Source of the DNA: Scyliorhinus canicula
Taxonomy: Eukaryota
NCBI RefSeq assembly: GCF_902713615.1
Contig: NC_052158.1
Location: forward strand, 32,157,990 to 32,221,989
DNA: 64,000 bases
Reading direction: 5' to 3'
In this document: positions 31,975-44,849 of the stretch, one piece after another
Numbering within the stretch: position 1 is the first letter of the stretch
How the letters are laid out: each line of letters opens with the position of its first letter
The notes under the pieces: generated by a model
The model's database searches: none
The model's input: only the letters and a program-made list of their open reading frames with translations
Told to the model about the DNA's origin: nothing
Position numbers and translations under genes: made by a program

Positions 31975-32273
31975 TGATACCAGGTTATTTGGCTTTAAAA
32001 GAACTGTACCAGTTAGATTAGGTTACAAAAAAGGTCGAAAATAAAGTTACGATTGTTGAAACTGTTGTTTAAAGATTTTCCAGGTACTATTTATGTTACC
32101 GGTAGTTTTCAGCTACCGTGGAGCTTGAAAGTGGTCCAACGAATCGGTTGGTCATCGAGGATACAAATGCTGCGAAGTCTTCCACGGACGAACAGTCGGT
32201 ACTTTATTTTCTGCCTTTTTTGTAACCTGATCTATTTGGTACTGTTCTGTTAAAGCCAAATAACCTGGTATCA
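31975..32273. repeat. 83-bp inverted repeat with a 133-nt spacer
   Basis: Arms 31975-32057 and 32191-32273 have 10 mismatches by manual alignment. Confidence 0.9.
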
Positions 32274-32359
32274 TGTTTTATTACTCTTCTGTGTATGTTA
32301 TGATATACTACTGAATGTAATATATGAGGTTGCTAAAAATGGTAAGATCTCGAAGAAGG

Positions 32360-34245
32360 TCCTACAAAAAACAAAATCCAGTGGGATGGCTAGCCCTCCC
32401 AAACCTACAATTCGACCACTGGGCAGTGACGGCTGAGCGAATAAGGGGATGGATCCAGGAGCCAGAGGCCGAGTGGGTCCGTGCGGAGGAGGCCTGCATG
32501 GGGACCTCCCTCCAGGCCCTCGCCACGGTAGCACTCCCATCCCCACCAAAAAAACACTCCAGTAGCCCGGTGGTGTTAGCTACCCTCCAATCCTGGAACC
32601 AACTACGGCAGCAACTTGGCCTGACCAAAACGTCGGACAAAGCTCCTATCTGCAACAACCATAGGTTCACACCAGCACTGACTGACGCCACCTTCAAAAG
32701 GTGGGGACAGAATGGCAGGACACTGACAGTCAGGGACCTACACACGGACGGCAGGATCGCAACACAGGACGAACTGACAGAGAAATTCCAGCCAGCCAGG
32801 GGGAATGAGCTAAGGTATCTGCAGCTCAAAAAAGTCTTATGAAAGGAGACAAGGATGTACTCACAACCTCCACGACAGACACTACTGGAAGAACTACTGG
32901 AGGCAAGCATGCTAGATAAAGGAAACTGTAGTGACATGTATGACCGACTAATAGAAAGGGGCGACACCGTACTGGACGCAACAAGAAAGAAATGGGAGAG
33001 TGTTGCTTGTTGTGTTCTCTCTTTAATTGGCTCTGTTTATAGTGGTTAATATGGTCGCATTCTTTAATTCTCAAGAGTCGCCAGGTATCTTTCGATACCG
33101 CCACAAGGTTCAAAACCGAATACTGATCAAAGACTCGATACACCAGTTAGTAAGTTCGAAATCAATGCTCATTTATTTACACACACAGTCAATTATACTC
33201 ATGCACAAACACTACCAACTAAACTATCGCTACTACTAAAGCCTATACTTATCTTCGGGCACCCACTCAGTCAGAGGAACAATGGCCGTTGTCCGGTTCT
33301 GAGGCTGCTGGGGTCGAGCTAGTATGGAATAGTAGCTAGTAGCATCTATTTCGTAGCGTGCGTTGACTTTGGACTTACTTGTTCTGGTGCAGCTGCTAGG
33401 CAGGCCTCTTGTCGCTGAGAGCCAAGGCCAAGAAGAACGATTCTCACTTGGGGGCTTCTTCTTATACCCATATAGGGGCAACACGGTAGCATTGTGGATA
33501 GCACAATTTTTTCACAGCTCCAGGTCCCAGGTTCGATTCCAGCTTGGGTCACTGTCTGTGCGGAGTCTGCACATCCTCCCCGTGTGTGCGTGGGTTTCCT
33601 CCGGGTGCTCTGGTTTCCTCCCACATTCCAAAGATGTGCAGGTTAGGTGGATTGGCCATGATAAATTGCCCTTAGTGTCCAAAATTGCCCTTAGTGTTGG
33701 GTGGGGTTACTGGGTTATGGGGATAGGGTGGAGGTGTTGACCTTGGGTAGGGTGCTCTTTCTAAGAGCCTGTGCAGACTCGATGGGCCAAATGGCCTCCT
33801 TCTGCACTGTAAATGCTATGATTTATACCCGAAGGGGGCTTCGCGCACTTTTGGGCGGGCCTTGAACTTGGTCCCAATTAATTGGACCGTATCCTGATCA
33901 TCGGCATCGATTTCCTCCAATAATGGTGATGTTGTCCTGATTGCTGGGCGGGCCCTAGGTGGCCATTGGCCTGCTTTGTTCTAGTCTCCTCTGGCGCCGG
34001 GGTGTCTGCTTTAGTATCGTTTACCTAAATGTTTCTCTTTTGTACCCGGAGATGGCTCATTAGTATGGTAATGGCTTTGCAGTATCGGTCTGGGAGCTAC
34101 AGCTCCAATCAACAGACAAACCTTGCACCTGCTTGCTTTCTCAGCATTGTTCATTTTCCCTGCATTCTTTGCAAAGTGTCCATTTTGTAATCGGGACATG
34201 GCCCCCCCAGTGGCTACAGGAGGACCTGGGGATTGAGATAGGGTG
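32360..34245 (+). mobile_element. L1-clade ORF2 3' fragment (32360-33000 and 34218-34245), split by a solo LTR
   Basis: LALPNLQF...SSPVVLATLQSWNQLR. The codons KWE|EDLGIEIG rejoin across the LTR. Confidence 0.8.
33001..34217 (-). mobile_element. Solo LTR (about 860 bp) containing a SINE
   Basis: TGT...ACA termini, approximate GGAG TSD and AATAAA on the minus strand. An HE1-like SINE at 33476-33822 (+) has TTATACCC TSDs. Confidence 0.72.
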
Positions 34246-34646
34246 TGATGTGTTGGGTACTCTGGACCTGTGGAGACTGTGTTTACCTCAGCAGTAACAC
34301 ATACAGGCTACCAACACTTGAAATAGTACAACACTATTTTATTAAGCTAGAAACTGTTGAACATACTTTCACTGTGGGTCGACACTATGTTAGATTAAAC
34401 TAAAGACCTATGCCTACCCTAACCAGTCTATGCTCTCAGCACATGGTAAAGATCTGTGCTATAAGCTGTGAGCTCTGTCCTTCTTAGAGGCTGCATCCCG
34501 AATGAGCGGGAAAACTGGTGCCCTCTGTCTTTATAGTGAGTGTTCTCTAACTGGTGATTGGCTGCGGTGTTGTGTGTGTTGATTGGTCTTGCTGTGCGTC
34601 AATCAGTGTGTCTGCACCATGATATACTGGTGTGTATATTATGACA
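34246..34646 (-). mobile_element. Complete 3' LTR (401 bp) of a Gypsy element
   Basis: TG...CA termini, preceded by the PPT ATAAAAGGGGA, with internal TATAAA and AATAAA. Confidence 0.88.
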
Positions 34647-37600
34647 TCCCCTTTTATAAAGAAATGTGTGGTTATGGTAATAAATAATGTGTGGTGAGAA
34701 TGTGCCTAACTATGTGTGGAGTGCGAAGGCATATTTACAAGATTATGTACATAAGAACTAAGCTATTTACATGGGAAGGTGCCTGATGCAGATGGACAGT
34801 ATGCAACAAAATAGTAACTAGAGCATCATTATATACAAACCAGGGAATCGACTTAACAAAGCAACGGAACAATTCAGAGAGTCCATAAATTCGAAAAGTT
34901 CATAAATTTAGTCTTTGAGGTGGGCGACGAATTTTGGTTGACCGCCTCAAGGGTGGGTCAGGAGCGGGCTGGAGTGCGTCAGTCAGAGAGTGGCAGAGCG
35001 ACAGGGAGCTCTGCAAATTCCATGGCAGGGTTGTCATGACGGCGAGGCGGGACTTGGAGATCACGTGGCGAGCGTGGAATGAGATGGAGTGCACGCCGCT
35101 TGCATCGCAGATGAGAGCCATCCAGTAGACGAGCCAGGAATGAGCGGGGGGGCCACTTGTCGGAGGACAACAGCGGTGGCAGACTAGCCACCATCCGGAA
35201 GATGGACGCAGACGTTGTCATCGGGAGCCAGAGCAGGGAGATCGGTTGCACGGGAGTCATAGGCCGCCTTGTGCTGGGCGTGAGACAGCTGCATCCGGTG
35301 AAAGACCGGAATGTGGTCGAGGTCTGGGACATGGATGGACGGCCCCATCATCCTCAGCGTGCCATTCATGAGTAGTTGAGCTGGCGACAGGCCAGTGGAC
35401 AAGGGGGCAGAGCAGTAGGCCAGCAAGGCAAGGTTAAAACAGAACCAGAATCGGCAGCCTTGCATAGGAGCCGTTTGGCGACATGTACTCCCTTCTCTGC
35501 TTTGCCGTTGGATTGGGGGTACAGGGGACTGGACGTTACATGGGCAAAATTGTACCACCTGGCAAAGTTGGACCATTCTTGGCTGGCGAAGCAGGGGCCA
35601 TTGTCTGACATGACCGTGAGCGGGATGCCGTGTCAAGTAAAGGTTGCTTTACATGCACAAATGACTGCAGCCGAGGTGAGGTCATGTAACCGTATCACCT
35701 CCGTGTAATTCAAGAAGTAGTCCACAATTAGGACATTGTCTCGACCAAGCGCATGGAACAGGTCGATCCCCACCTTGGTCCACGGTGCCGTGACCAACTC
35801 ATGGGGCTGCAGGGTTTCACGTGGCTGCGCCGGCTGGAAACGCTGACAGGTGGGGCAGTTTTGCACGGTGTTGGCTATGTCCTCGTTAATGCCAGGCCAG
35901 TACACCGCCTCTCGGCCCGTTGGCAGCACTTCTCCACTCCCAGGTAGCCCTTATGTAGCTGTTCCAGGACAAGCTGGTGCATGCTATGCGGGATGACAAT
36001 GCAGTCCACTTTTGGAAGAACCACGTCTGCTACCACCAGATCATCTCTGACATTATAGAATTGAGGGCATTGGCCCTTGAGCCCCCCGTTCGTTAGGTGG
36101 CGCTTGACACGCTGGAGCAAGGGGACGGCAGCTGTCTCGTGACTAATTTGGACGAGGCGTTCATCGGAGGCAGGTAGATTGGAGGCAGCGAATGCCACAT
36201 GGGCAAATCCTGGCAAACAAATCCCGCTGGGTCACATGGAGTGGTGACAGACCGGGAGATGGCGTCAGCAACAGTGAGTTCCTTGCCCGGGGTGTATACC
36301 AGCTGGAAGTCGTAGCGTCTGAGCTTGAGAAGAATACGCTGGAGGTGAGGTGTCATGTCGTTCAGGTCTTTTTGAATGATATTGACCAGTGGTCTATGGT
36401 CTGTCTTGACAGTGAACTGAGGTAGTCCGTAGACATAATCATGGAATTTAACGACTCCGGTCAGAAGGCCCAGGCACTCCTTTTCAATCTGCGCATAACG
36501 CTGTTCGGTGGGGGTCATCGCACGTGACGCGTATGCCACGAGGGCCCGTGATGAGGCCTCATCACATTAAAGGAGCTCCAATGCCCGATTGACTGGCATC
36601 TGTAGAGATTTTGGTCTTCTTGGCTGGATCAAAAAAAGCTAAGACCGGGGCCGTGGTCAGCTTTGCCTTGAGTTCCCTCCATTCGTGTCCATGGGCAGGG
36701 AGCCATTGGAAGTCTGTTGTCTTCCTGACCAGGTTCCTGTGAGCCGTGGTGTGAGAGACGAGGTTAGGGATGAATTTCCCTAAGACGTTGACCATGCCCA
36801 AGAAGCGGAGGACCGCCTTTTTGTCCTCCCGTGTCTTCATAGCCTTGATGGCAGCAACCTGGTCCGCATCTGGCTGCACACCGAATTGGGAGATGTGGTC
36901 TCCGAGGAATTTAATTTCAGTTTGACCAAAGATGCATTTGGCCCTATTGAGGCGGAGGCCATGCTCATGTACCCATCTGAAGATGCGCTGGAGGCGATTA
37001 ACGTGCTCTTGCGGGGTGGTGGACCAGATGATTATGTCATCGACATAGACGCGAACGCCTTCAATACCTTCCATCATCTGTTCCATAATCCTATGGAACA
37101 TTTCTGATGCAGAGATGATCTCAAACGGCATCCTGTTGTAGCAATATCTTCCAAAGGAGGTATTAAATGTGCAGAGTTTCCTGCTGGATTCGTCGTGCTG
37201 GATTTGCCAGAATCCCTTTGAGGCGTCAAGTTTGGTAAAGAACTTGGCGCGAACCATCTCACAGGTGAGTTCTTCGCGCTTCGGAATGGGATAGTGCTCT
37301 CTCATAATATTGCGGTTGAGGTACTTGGGATCAATGCATATTCTCAGTTCGCCGGAAGGTTTTTTTACACATACCATGGAGCTGACCCAGTCGGTCGGTT
37401 CCGTGACTCTGGAAATCACTCCTTGGTCCTGGAGGTCCTGCAGCTGCTGCTTGAGCCGGTCTTTAAGGGGCGCTGGGACCCTGCGAGGTGCGTGCACCAC
37501 AGGTGTGGCATTTGGTTTCAATAAAATCTTGTAGGTGTACGGGAGCGTGCCCATGCCCTCGAAAACATCATGGTATTGGCTAATAATGGCGTCGTGCTGC

Positions 37601-37880
37601 GCCCTAAAATCAGTGTCCTGAGAGACAGACGCGTCAGCAGGAGAGAGGGAGTGAACCCTCTGGACTAGGTTCAACAGCTTGCATTCCTGAGCACCAAGCA
37701 GGGAGGCTTTTGAGGATCCCACGATTTCAAAGGGAAGGAGTTTTTAAGTGACCTGCGCGTCACTTCAAGTTGGCATGAGCCACTGGCAGCAATGGCATTG
37801 CCATTATAATCTAATAGCTGGCAGGCTGATGGCAGGATGGCTGGTTTGACACGAAGGCTTTGAAGGTCAGACCGCGCAAT
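34647..37880 (-). mobile_element. Gypsy pol (protease end, RT, RNase H, integrase), same family as 1-2161
   Basis: 386-aa RT stretch with LRICIDP, FTKLDASKGFWQ and VYVDD. RNase H and integrase fragments follow with frameshifts. Confidence 0.95.
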
Positions 37881-40800
37881 GGCGGAGGCACTTCCGGTTG
37901 CGGCTATGCGGAGCTAAGCCGCACGTTCGGCAGCTCCTGCTTAAAACGGACTTTGGGGCTCTTTTCAGGTCCCCCAATGGAACTTCGTCGACAAATCCCG
38001 ACGTGGGAAGGGGTCTGGAGTAGATCCCTAGGGTCCTATGGTCCGGACCAGGAGTGGGGTGAGCAGTAAAGCAGTGGAAGCGCCCCTGGAAAAGTGGGGG
38101 AAGGGAGACAAAATGGCGGCCGGCGGAGCCCTTGAGGAGCTGAGGCAGTGGGCGCAGGAGCAGCAGGAGCTTAAGTTGGAGCTGCTGGAGCCGCTGAGAG
38201 AGTTGATGGAGACTCAGACAGCCCAGGGGGCCGCGATCCGGGAGCTGCAGCAGCAGGCCTCCGAAAGGGAGTATGAGGCCGTGGCCGTCGCGGGGAAGGT
38301 GGAGATGCACGAGGCGCTCCATAAAAAGTGGCAGAAACGGTTCGAGGAGCTGGACAACCGGTCGAGGAGGAAGAATTTGCGGATCCTGGGCCTCACGGAG
38401 GGGCTGGAGGGGTCGGACCTGGCGGCCTATGTGGTTGTTATGCTGAACTCGTTGATGGGAGCTGGGTCCTTCCAGGGGCCCCTGGAGTTGGAGGGGGCCC
38501 ACAGAATTCTGGCTAGGAGGCCCAAGTCGAATGAGCCGCCGCGAGCGGTGTTGGTGCGGATCCACCGGTTCGTTGATCGAGAGTCCGTGCTCCGGTAGGA
38601 CATGAAGGAGCGGAGAAGCAAGTGGGAGAACACGGAGGTGCGGATCTTCCAGGACTGGAGTGCAGAGGTGGCTAAGCGGAGGGCCGGGTTCAACCGGACG
38701 AAGGCGGTGCTTCACAGACGGAGCGTGAAGTTTGGCATGTTGCAGCCGGCGTGTCTGTGGGTCACCGACAAGGACCGGATCATTATTTTGAATCCCCGGA
38801 GGAGGCGTGGGCCTTTGTGCAGGCCGAGAAACTGGACTCAAACTGAGGGTCAAAGATGGGGGTTTTTGTATGATAAAGTAATTGTGTTTAATTTTTGCTC
38901 TGGGGGGGGGGGGTTCTGTTTAATGCAAGATGTGTGTTGGCTTTAGGGTGGGTGGGGCGATGTCATTATGTCTTTTTGTATGGGTCTGGTGGACAGGTTC
39001 AGGCAGGGAGGTAAACTGGGAGTGCGGGGAGCTGGTGGGGGGGACTGGCAATGGGAGTTGCCCTAGAGGAGGCGGGGTTGGGCAGGGCGAAAGCGCGGGC
39101 TTTTCTCTGGTTTCCCGCGCTGTGGGATGATGGGAGCGGGGTCGCGGTAGAGAAGCGCGGGCATTTGCTGGCTGTTAGTTTCCCGCGCAAGAGCGGGGAG
39201 GGGTAGGAGGGCCTGCTGATGGGCACGATGGAGGAGGAGTAGTCCCACGTGGGGAGGAGTCGGAGGTAGGGCGGGAGTCGCCGGGGTCAGCAGAAGTTAG
39301 CTGGCTCACGGGAGTGCTATGGAGGGAGGGGCGCGGCTAGGAGTGGTCCTAGCCTTGGGGGGGCGGGGTGGGGGTGGGGGGAACCGGGTTGCTGCTGAAA
39401 TGGCCAGGAAGGAGCTGGAGTATGCAGGGGTGCTTTGCGGGGTGGGGGGGGGGGGGGGGGGGGGGGGGGAGTTGCCGCCGTGGGGAACTGGCAGAGCGGG
39501 GGACGCTGGCCAGTGGTGGGCAGGGGATGGGTTATGGCTAATCGGCAGGGGAGAGGGGCAGGGAGCCCTCTGATCCGGCTGATAACCTGGAATGTGAGGG
39601 GGCTGAATGGGCCGGTCAAACGGGCCTGGGTGTTTGTGCACTTGAAGGGGCTGAAGGCGGATGTGGCCATGCTCCAAGAGACACACCTGAAAGTGGCGGA
39701 CCAGGTTCAGCTGAGGAAGGGATGGGTGGGCCAAGTATTTCATTCAGGGCTGGATGAGAAGAATCGGGGGGTGGCGATCCTGGTGGGAAAGAGGGTGTCG
39801 TTTGAGGCGTTGAGGGTGGTGGCTGACAGTGGTGGGAGGTATTTGATGGTAAGTGGTAAGCTGCAGGGGGAGCGGGTGGTGTTGGTGAATGTCTATGCCC
39901 CGAACTGGGACGATGCGGGGTTTATGCGGCGTATGTTGGGCCGGATCCTGGACCTGGAGGTGGGGGGCCTGATCATGGGGGAGGACTTCAACACGGTGCT
40001 TGGTCCCCCATTGGATCGATCCAAGTCCCAGACGGGTAGGAGGCCAGAGGCGGCTAAGGTGTTGAGGGGGTTTATGGATCAGATGGGAGGGGTGGATCCC
40101 TGGAGGTTTGCGAGGCCAAGGGCCAGGGAGTACTCATTTTTCTCCCACGTGCATAAGGCCTATTCGAGGATTGATTTATTTGTCCTGAGCAGGGGGCAGG
40201 TTTCGAGGGTGGAGGATGTTGAATACTCTGCCATTTTGGATCATGCCCCGCACTGGGTGGACCTCGGGCTGGGGGGGGGGGGGGGAGGGACCAGCGTCTG
40301 CTCTGGCATTTGGAGGTGGGGCTGCTGGCAGACGAGGAGGTGGCTGGGAGGGTTCGGGGATGTATCGAGAGGTACCTTGAGGCCAACGATAACGGGGAGG
40401 TCCGAGTGGGGACGGTCTGGGAGGCATTGAAGGTGGTGATTAGAGGGGAGTTGATCTCCATCCGAACCCATAGGGAGAGGGGAGAGCAGAGAGAGAGGGA
40501 GAGATTGGTGGGGGAGATGGTGAAGGTGGACAGGAGATATGCGGAGGCTCCGGAGGAGGGATTGCTGGGGGAGCGGCGTAGCCTTCAGGCCAGGTTCAAT
40601 CTATTGACCACCAGAAAGGCGGAAGCTCAGTGGAGGAAAGCACAGGGAGCGGTGTCTGAATACGGGGAGAAGACGAGTAGGATGCTGGCACACCAGCTCC
40701 GAAAGCGAGACGCGGCCAGGGAGATTGGGGGAGTGAAGGATAGAGATGGGAAGGTGGTGCGGAGGGGGGTAGATGTTAATGGGGTCTTTAGGGATTTTAT

Positions 40801-43693
40801 GGGGAATTGTACCGGTCAAAACCCCGGGGGGGGGGGGGGGGTGCGGAATGGGGCGCTTCTTGGACAAGCTGAGATTTTCGAAGGTGGAGGCGGGGCAGGT
40901 GGAGGGACTGGGGGCGCCGATTGAGCTGGAGGAGCTGGTCACTGGGATTGGCCATGATGTGGAGATGCCGGCGTTGGACTGGGGTGAGCACAGTAAGAAG
41001 TCTTACAACACCAGGTTAAAGTGTAAACCTGTTGGACTTTAACCTGGTGTTGTAAGACTTCTTACTGGGATTGGCAGCATGCAGTCGGGGAAGGCGCCGG
41101 GGCCGGATGGGTTTCCTGCCGAATTTTATTAAACGTATGCGGACCTGTTGGGCCCCCTGTTGGTTCAGACTTTTAACGAGGCAAGGGAAGGGGGGCTTTG
41201 CCCCCAACTGTCATGGGCGCTGATTTCCTTGATCCTTAAGCGGGACTAGGACCCCCTGCAGTGTGGGTCATACAGGCCGATCTCGCTGCTAAATGTAGAC
41301 GCCAAGCTGTTAGCGAAGATCTTAGCTGCAAGGATAGAGGATTGTGTGCCGAGGGTCATTCACGAGGACCAGACGGGGTTTGTAAAGAGCAGGCAGTTGA
41401 ATACCAACATACGAAGGCTTCTGAATGTCATTATGATGCCGGCTGTGGAAGGGGAGGTGGAGATAGTGGTGGCATTCGATGCGGAGAAGGCCTTTGATAG
41501 GGTTGAGTGGGAGTATCTGTGGGAGGTGTTGGAGAGGTTTGGGTTTGCGGAGGGGTTTGTCTGTTGGGTGAGGTTGCTCTATGAGGCCCCGATGGCGAGT
41601 GTAGCCACGAATAGGAGGAGGTCGGAGTACTTTCGGCTGCACCGGGGGACGAGACAGGGGTGTCCCCTGTCCCCCTTGCTTATTGCGTTGGCAATTGAGC
41701 CCCTGGCCATGGCGTCGAGGGAGTCAGGGAACTGGAGGGGCCTGGTGCGGGGTGGGGAGGAGCATCGAGTGTCGCTTTATGCAGACGGCCTGCTGCTGTA
41801 TGTGACGGACCCGGTGGGGGGAATGCCGGAGGTGATGAGGATTCTCAGTGAATTTTGGGGCTTCTCTGGGTATAAGCTCAACCTGGGTAAGAGCGAGCTG
41901 TTCGTTGTGCACCCGGGGGATCAGGAGGAGGGGATTGGTAGGCTCCCATTGAAGCAGGCAGGGTGGAGTTTTAGGTATCTGGGAGTCCAGGTGGCTGGGA
42001 GCTGGGGGGCCCTGCACAACCTTAACCTCACAAGGCTGGTGGAGCAATGGAGGAGGAGTTTAAAAGGTGGGATATGCTACCGCTGTCGTTGGTGGGGAGG
42101 GTGCAGTCCGTCAAGATGACAGTGCTCCTGAGGTTTTTGTTCCTATTCCAGTGCCTCCCCATCCTTATCCTGAAGGCCTTTTTTAGCAGGGTCAATAGGA
42201 GCATCACGGGGTTTGTATGGGCACAAGGGACCCCAAGGGTGAGAAGGGTGTTTTTGGAGCGGGGCAGAGATAGGGGGGGGCTGGCGCTGCCCAACCTGTG
42301 TGGATATTACTGGTCTGCCAACGCAGCATTGGTGCGTAAGTGGGTAATGGACGGGGAGGGGGCAGCATGGAAGAGGATGGAGATGGCGTCCTGTGTGAAT
42401 ACGAACCTGGAGGCTCTGGTAACGGCGCCGTTGCCGCTCCCTCCAACGAGGTATACTACGAGCCCGGTGGTGGCGGCTACCCTCAAAATTTGGGGGCAAT
42501 GGAGACGGCGTAGGGCGGTGGTGGGGGGCTTGATGGAGTCCCCGATACAGGGGAATCACCGGTTTGTCCGGGGTTTCTTAGCTGGCACAGGGCAGGTACA
42601 AGGAGGTTGAGGGACCTGTTTATAGATGGGAGGTTTGCGAGCCTGGGTAAGTTGGAGGGGAAGTTTGGGCTCCCCCCGGGGAACATGTTTAGGTACATGC
42701 AGGTTAGGGCGTTTGCCAGGTGGCAGGTGGTGGGGTTCCCTGTGTTGCCCCCGCAGGGGGGTTTGGGACAGAGTGCTCTCGGGGGTGTGGGTTGGAGGAG
42801 GGAAGATTTTGGACGTGTACCATGTTATGCAGGAGGTGGATGAGGCCTCTGTGGAGGAGCTGAAGGGTAAATGGGAAGAGGAGCTGGGTGAGGAGATTGA
42901 GGAGGGGACATGGGCGGATGCCCTGGAAAGGGTGAACTCCTCCTCTTCTTGTGCGAGGCTTAGCCCCATACAGCTCAAAGTGCTGCATAGGGCTCATATG
43001 ACCGGGACGAGGATGAGCAGGTTCTTTGGGGGTGAGGATAGGTGTACTCGGTGCTCGGGGAGCCCAGTGAACCATGCCCATATGTTCTGGGCATGCCCAG
43101 CATTGGGGGACTTTTGGAAGGACGGTGTCGAGGGTGGTAGGATCCAGGGTTGAGCCAGGCTGGGGACTCGCGATATTTGGGGTAGCAGCCGAGCCGGGAG
43201 TGCAGGAGGCGAAAGAGGCGGTGTTCTGGCCTTTGCGTCCCTAGTAGCCCGGCATAGGATTTTGCTTCAGTGGAACGATGCGAGGCCCCCAAGTGTGGAG
43301 GCCTGGATCAATGACATGGCGGGGTTCATTAAGTTGGAGAGGGTGAAATTCACCCTGAGAGGGTCGGTGCAAGGGTTCTTTAGGCGGTGGCAGCCTTTCC
43401 TGGAGTTCCTGGCGGAACGGTAGGGAAATAGGCCGGCAGCAGCAGAAACCCGGGGTGGGGGGGGGGGTTTGGTTCGGTGGGAGGGAGAATTGTGTACAGG
43501 GGTTTGTTGGATGTGGCGAGTGTTATCTCTCTCATTTTTTGTTATTTTCTTTTGTTTGTTCTTGTTGTTGCTGGGGGGGGGGGTTCTTTTCTCTTTGGTT
43601 TTTACTATGTTTGTTTGGTTAATATTGTTTTGTTGTTTATATTTTGTGAAAACTTAATAAAAATTATTTTAAAAAAAAATAAATAAATAAAAT
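37881..43693 (+). mobile_element. Full-length decayed L1-clade LINE
   Basis: ORF1 ~38040-38846 (NRSRRKNLRILG, LEGAHR). ORF2 ~39534-43423 (TWNVRGLN, LQETH, GTRQGCPLSPLL, LYADG, HMFWACP) has many frameshifts. AATAAA at 43656 and an A-rich tail. Confidence 0.95.
40953..41063. mobile_element. 111-bp hairpin insertion, probably a Penelope-like LTR fragment
   Basis: Perfect 32-bp inverted repeat (40991-41022 / 41036-41067) and 12-bp TSD ACTGGGATTGGC. The Penelope assignment is from recollection only. Confidence 0.7.
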
Positions 43694-44193
43694 TCCCCAG
43701 TCTACTTCCCCCTGTTCTCCTTTCTCCTCAGGGAGGGAGTGATATAGCGGTTCTGCCGCCATCCGACTCTTTGGTTTTCTAAGTTCCACCTCCTGCGGTT
43801 CGCTTATAGAGTCTGCTTGTTTCTGCTCCGCCTCAGTTTTGAGGTGATTTTTTTATCATGGCAGCAAGTATAATAGCTGCCATTTCCTACTTGATTTCAA
43901 TCTGCCTTACCCACCAAGGCTACTGCTCGGCTTCGGCCGTTTCCGAATCATATCCTCTCTCATCCTCTTTTTGATTAACTTCTCATGCTCAATAACAATG
44001 GTTTGTATCATACTGCCATCAAGTCCCCACTGGAAGTTCTCTGTTTTGATTTGTGGCTGGGCCGTACCGTTTCCAGTCTTTTTAACGCGTGGTAGATATC
44101 TTGCACTGCTCATTGGCGTGGTACAACATTCCGTCTTTCCCCACCCAACATTAGCGCGTAATCAGTGTTGCATGTGTCCGCCACTTCCGACTA

Positions 44194-44503
44194 GCACGAA
44201 AGCACAGTGGTTAGCACTGCTGCCTCACAGCGCCAGCGACCCGGGTTCAATTCCAGCCTTGAAGTTTGCATGCTTTCCCGGTGTCTGTGTGGGTTTCCTC
44301 CGGGTGCTCCGGCTTCCTCCCGCAGTCCAAAGATGTGCAGGTTAGGTGGATTGGCCACGCTAAAAATTGCTCCTTAGTGTCCAAAGATGTGTAGGTTAGG
44401 TGTGGTTATGGAAATAGGGTGGGGGAGTGACCTTAGATAGGGCACTCTTTCAGAGGGTCGGTGGAGACTCATTGGCCAAATGGTCTCTTTCTGCAGGGAT
44501 TGT
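44194..44503 (+). mobile_element. HE1-like SINE, older copy
   Basis: Diverged consensus head, core and tail. Confidence 0.85.
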
Positions 44504-44849
44504 ACAGCCACACATTTCCAGGTTAATTCCTTAGCCACTCACTCCTTCATCCCACTTCCCCACAGCACATATGATTTTCTTCCTCATTGAGGTCAGTTCT
44601 ACGCTCCAGATGTCCATTTATAGTTCTATCCATGTCTCTCCTCCACTCTAACATTCAAATTCCGTCCAACCCAAGCTATCCTGAAACCCACCTAATCTTA
44701 TCTGACTAACAGCAGGCGGTCGAAAACCAGTCAATTTTCCTTGCCTTTTCCCATTGTTACATTCCATGGATCCCATTTGGAATTGATGTTTGGTTTCATC
44801 CATTAGAAATTCCCAGTGTCACCTCCTTCCTTCCTCATGGTCCCCGGGA

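Larger units (their letters stand above)
29200..32273 (-). mobile_element. Internally deleted Gypsy element (gag knuckle, protease, low-complexity linker, integrase tail, PPT, LTR start)
   Basis: CLKCSKLNH knuckle near 31800; protease FKHDTGTSANL (30903-31199); PLRRSTRRRRQP tail near 29500; PPT AAAGGGGAG at 29357-29365 followed by TGTAGA. No RT or RNase H motifs were seen. Confidence 0.72.
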
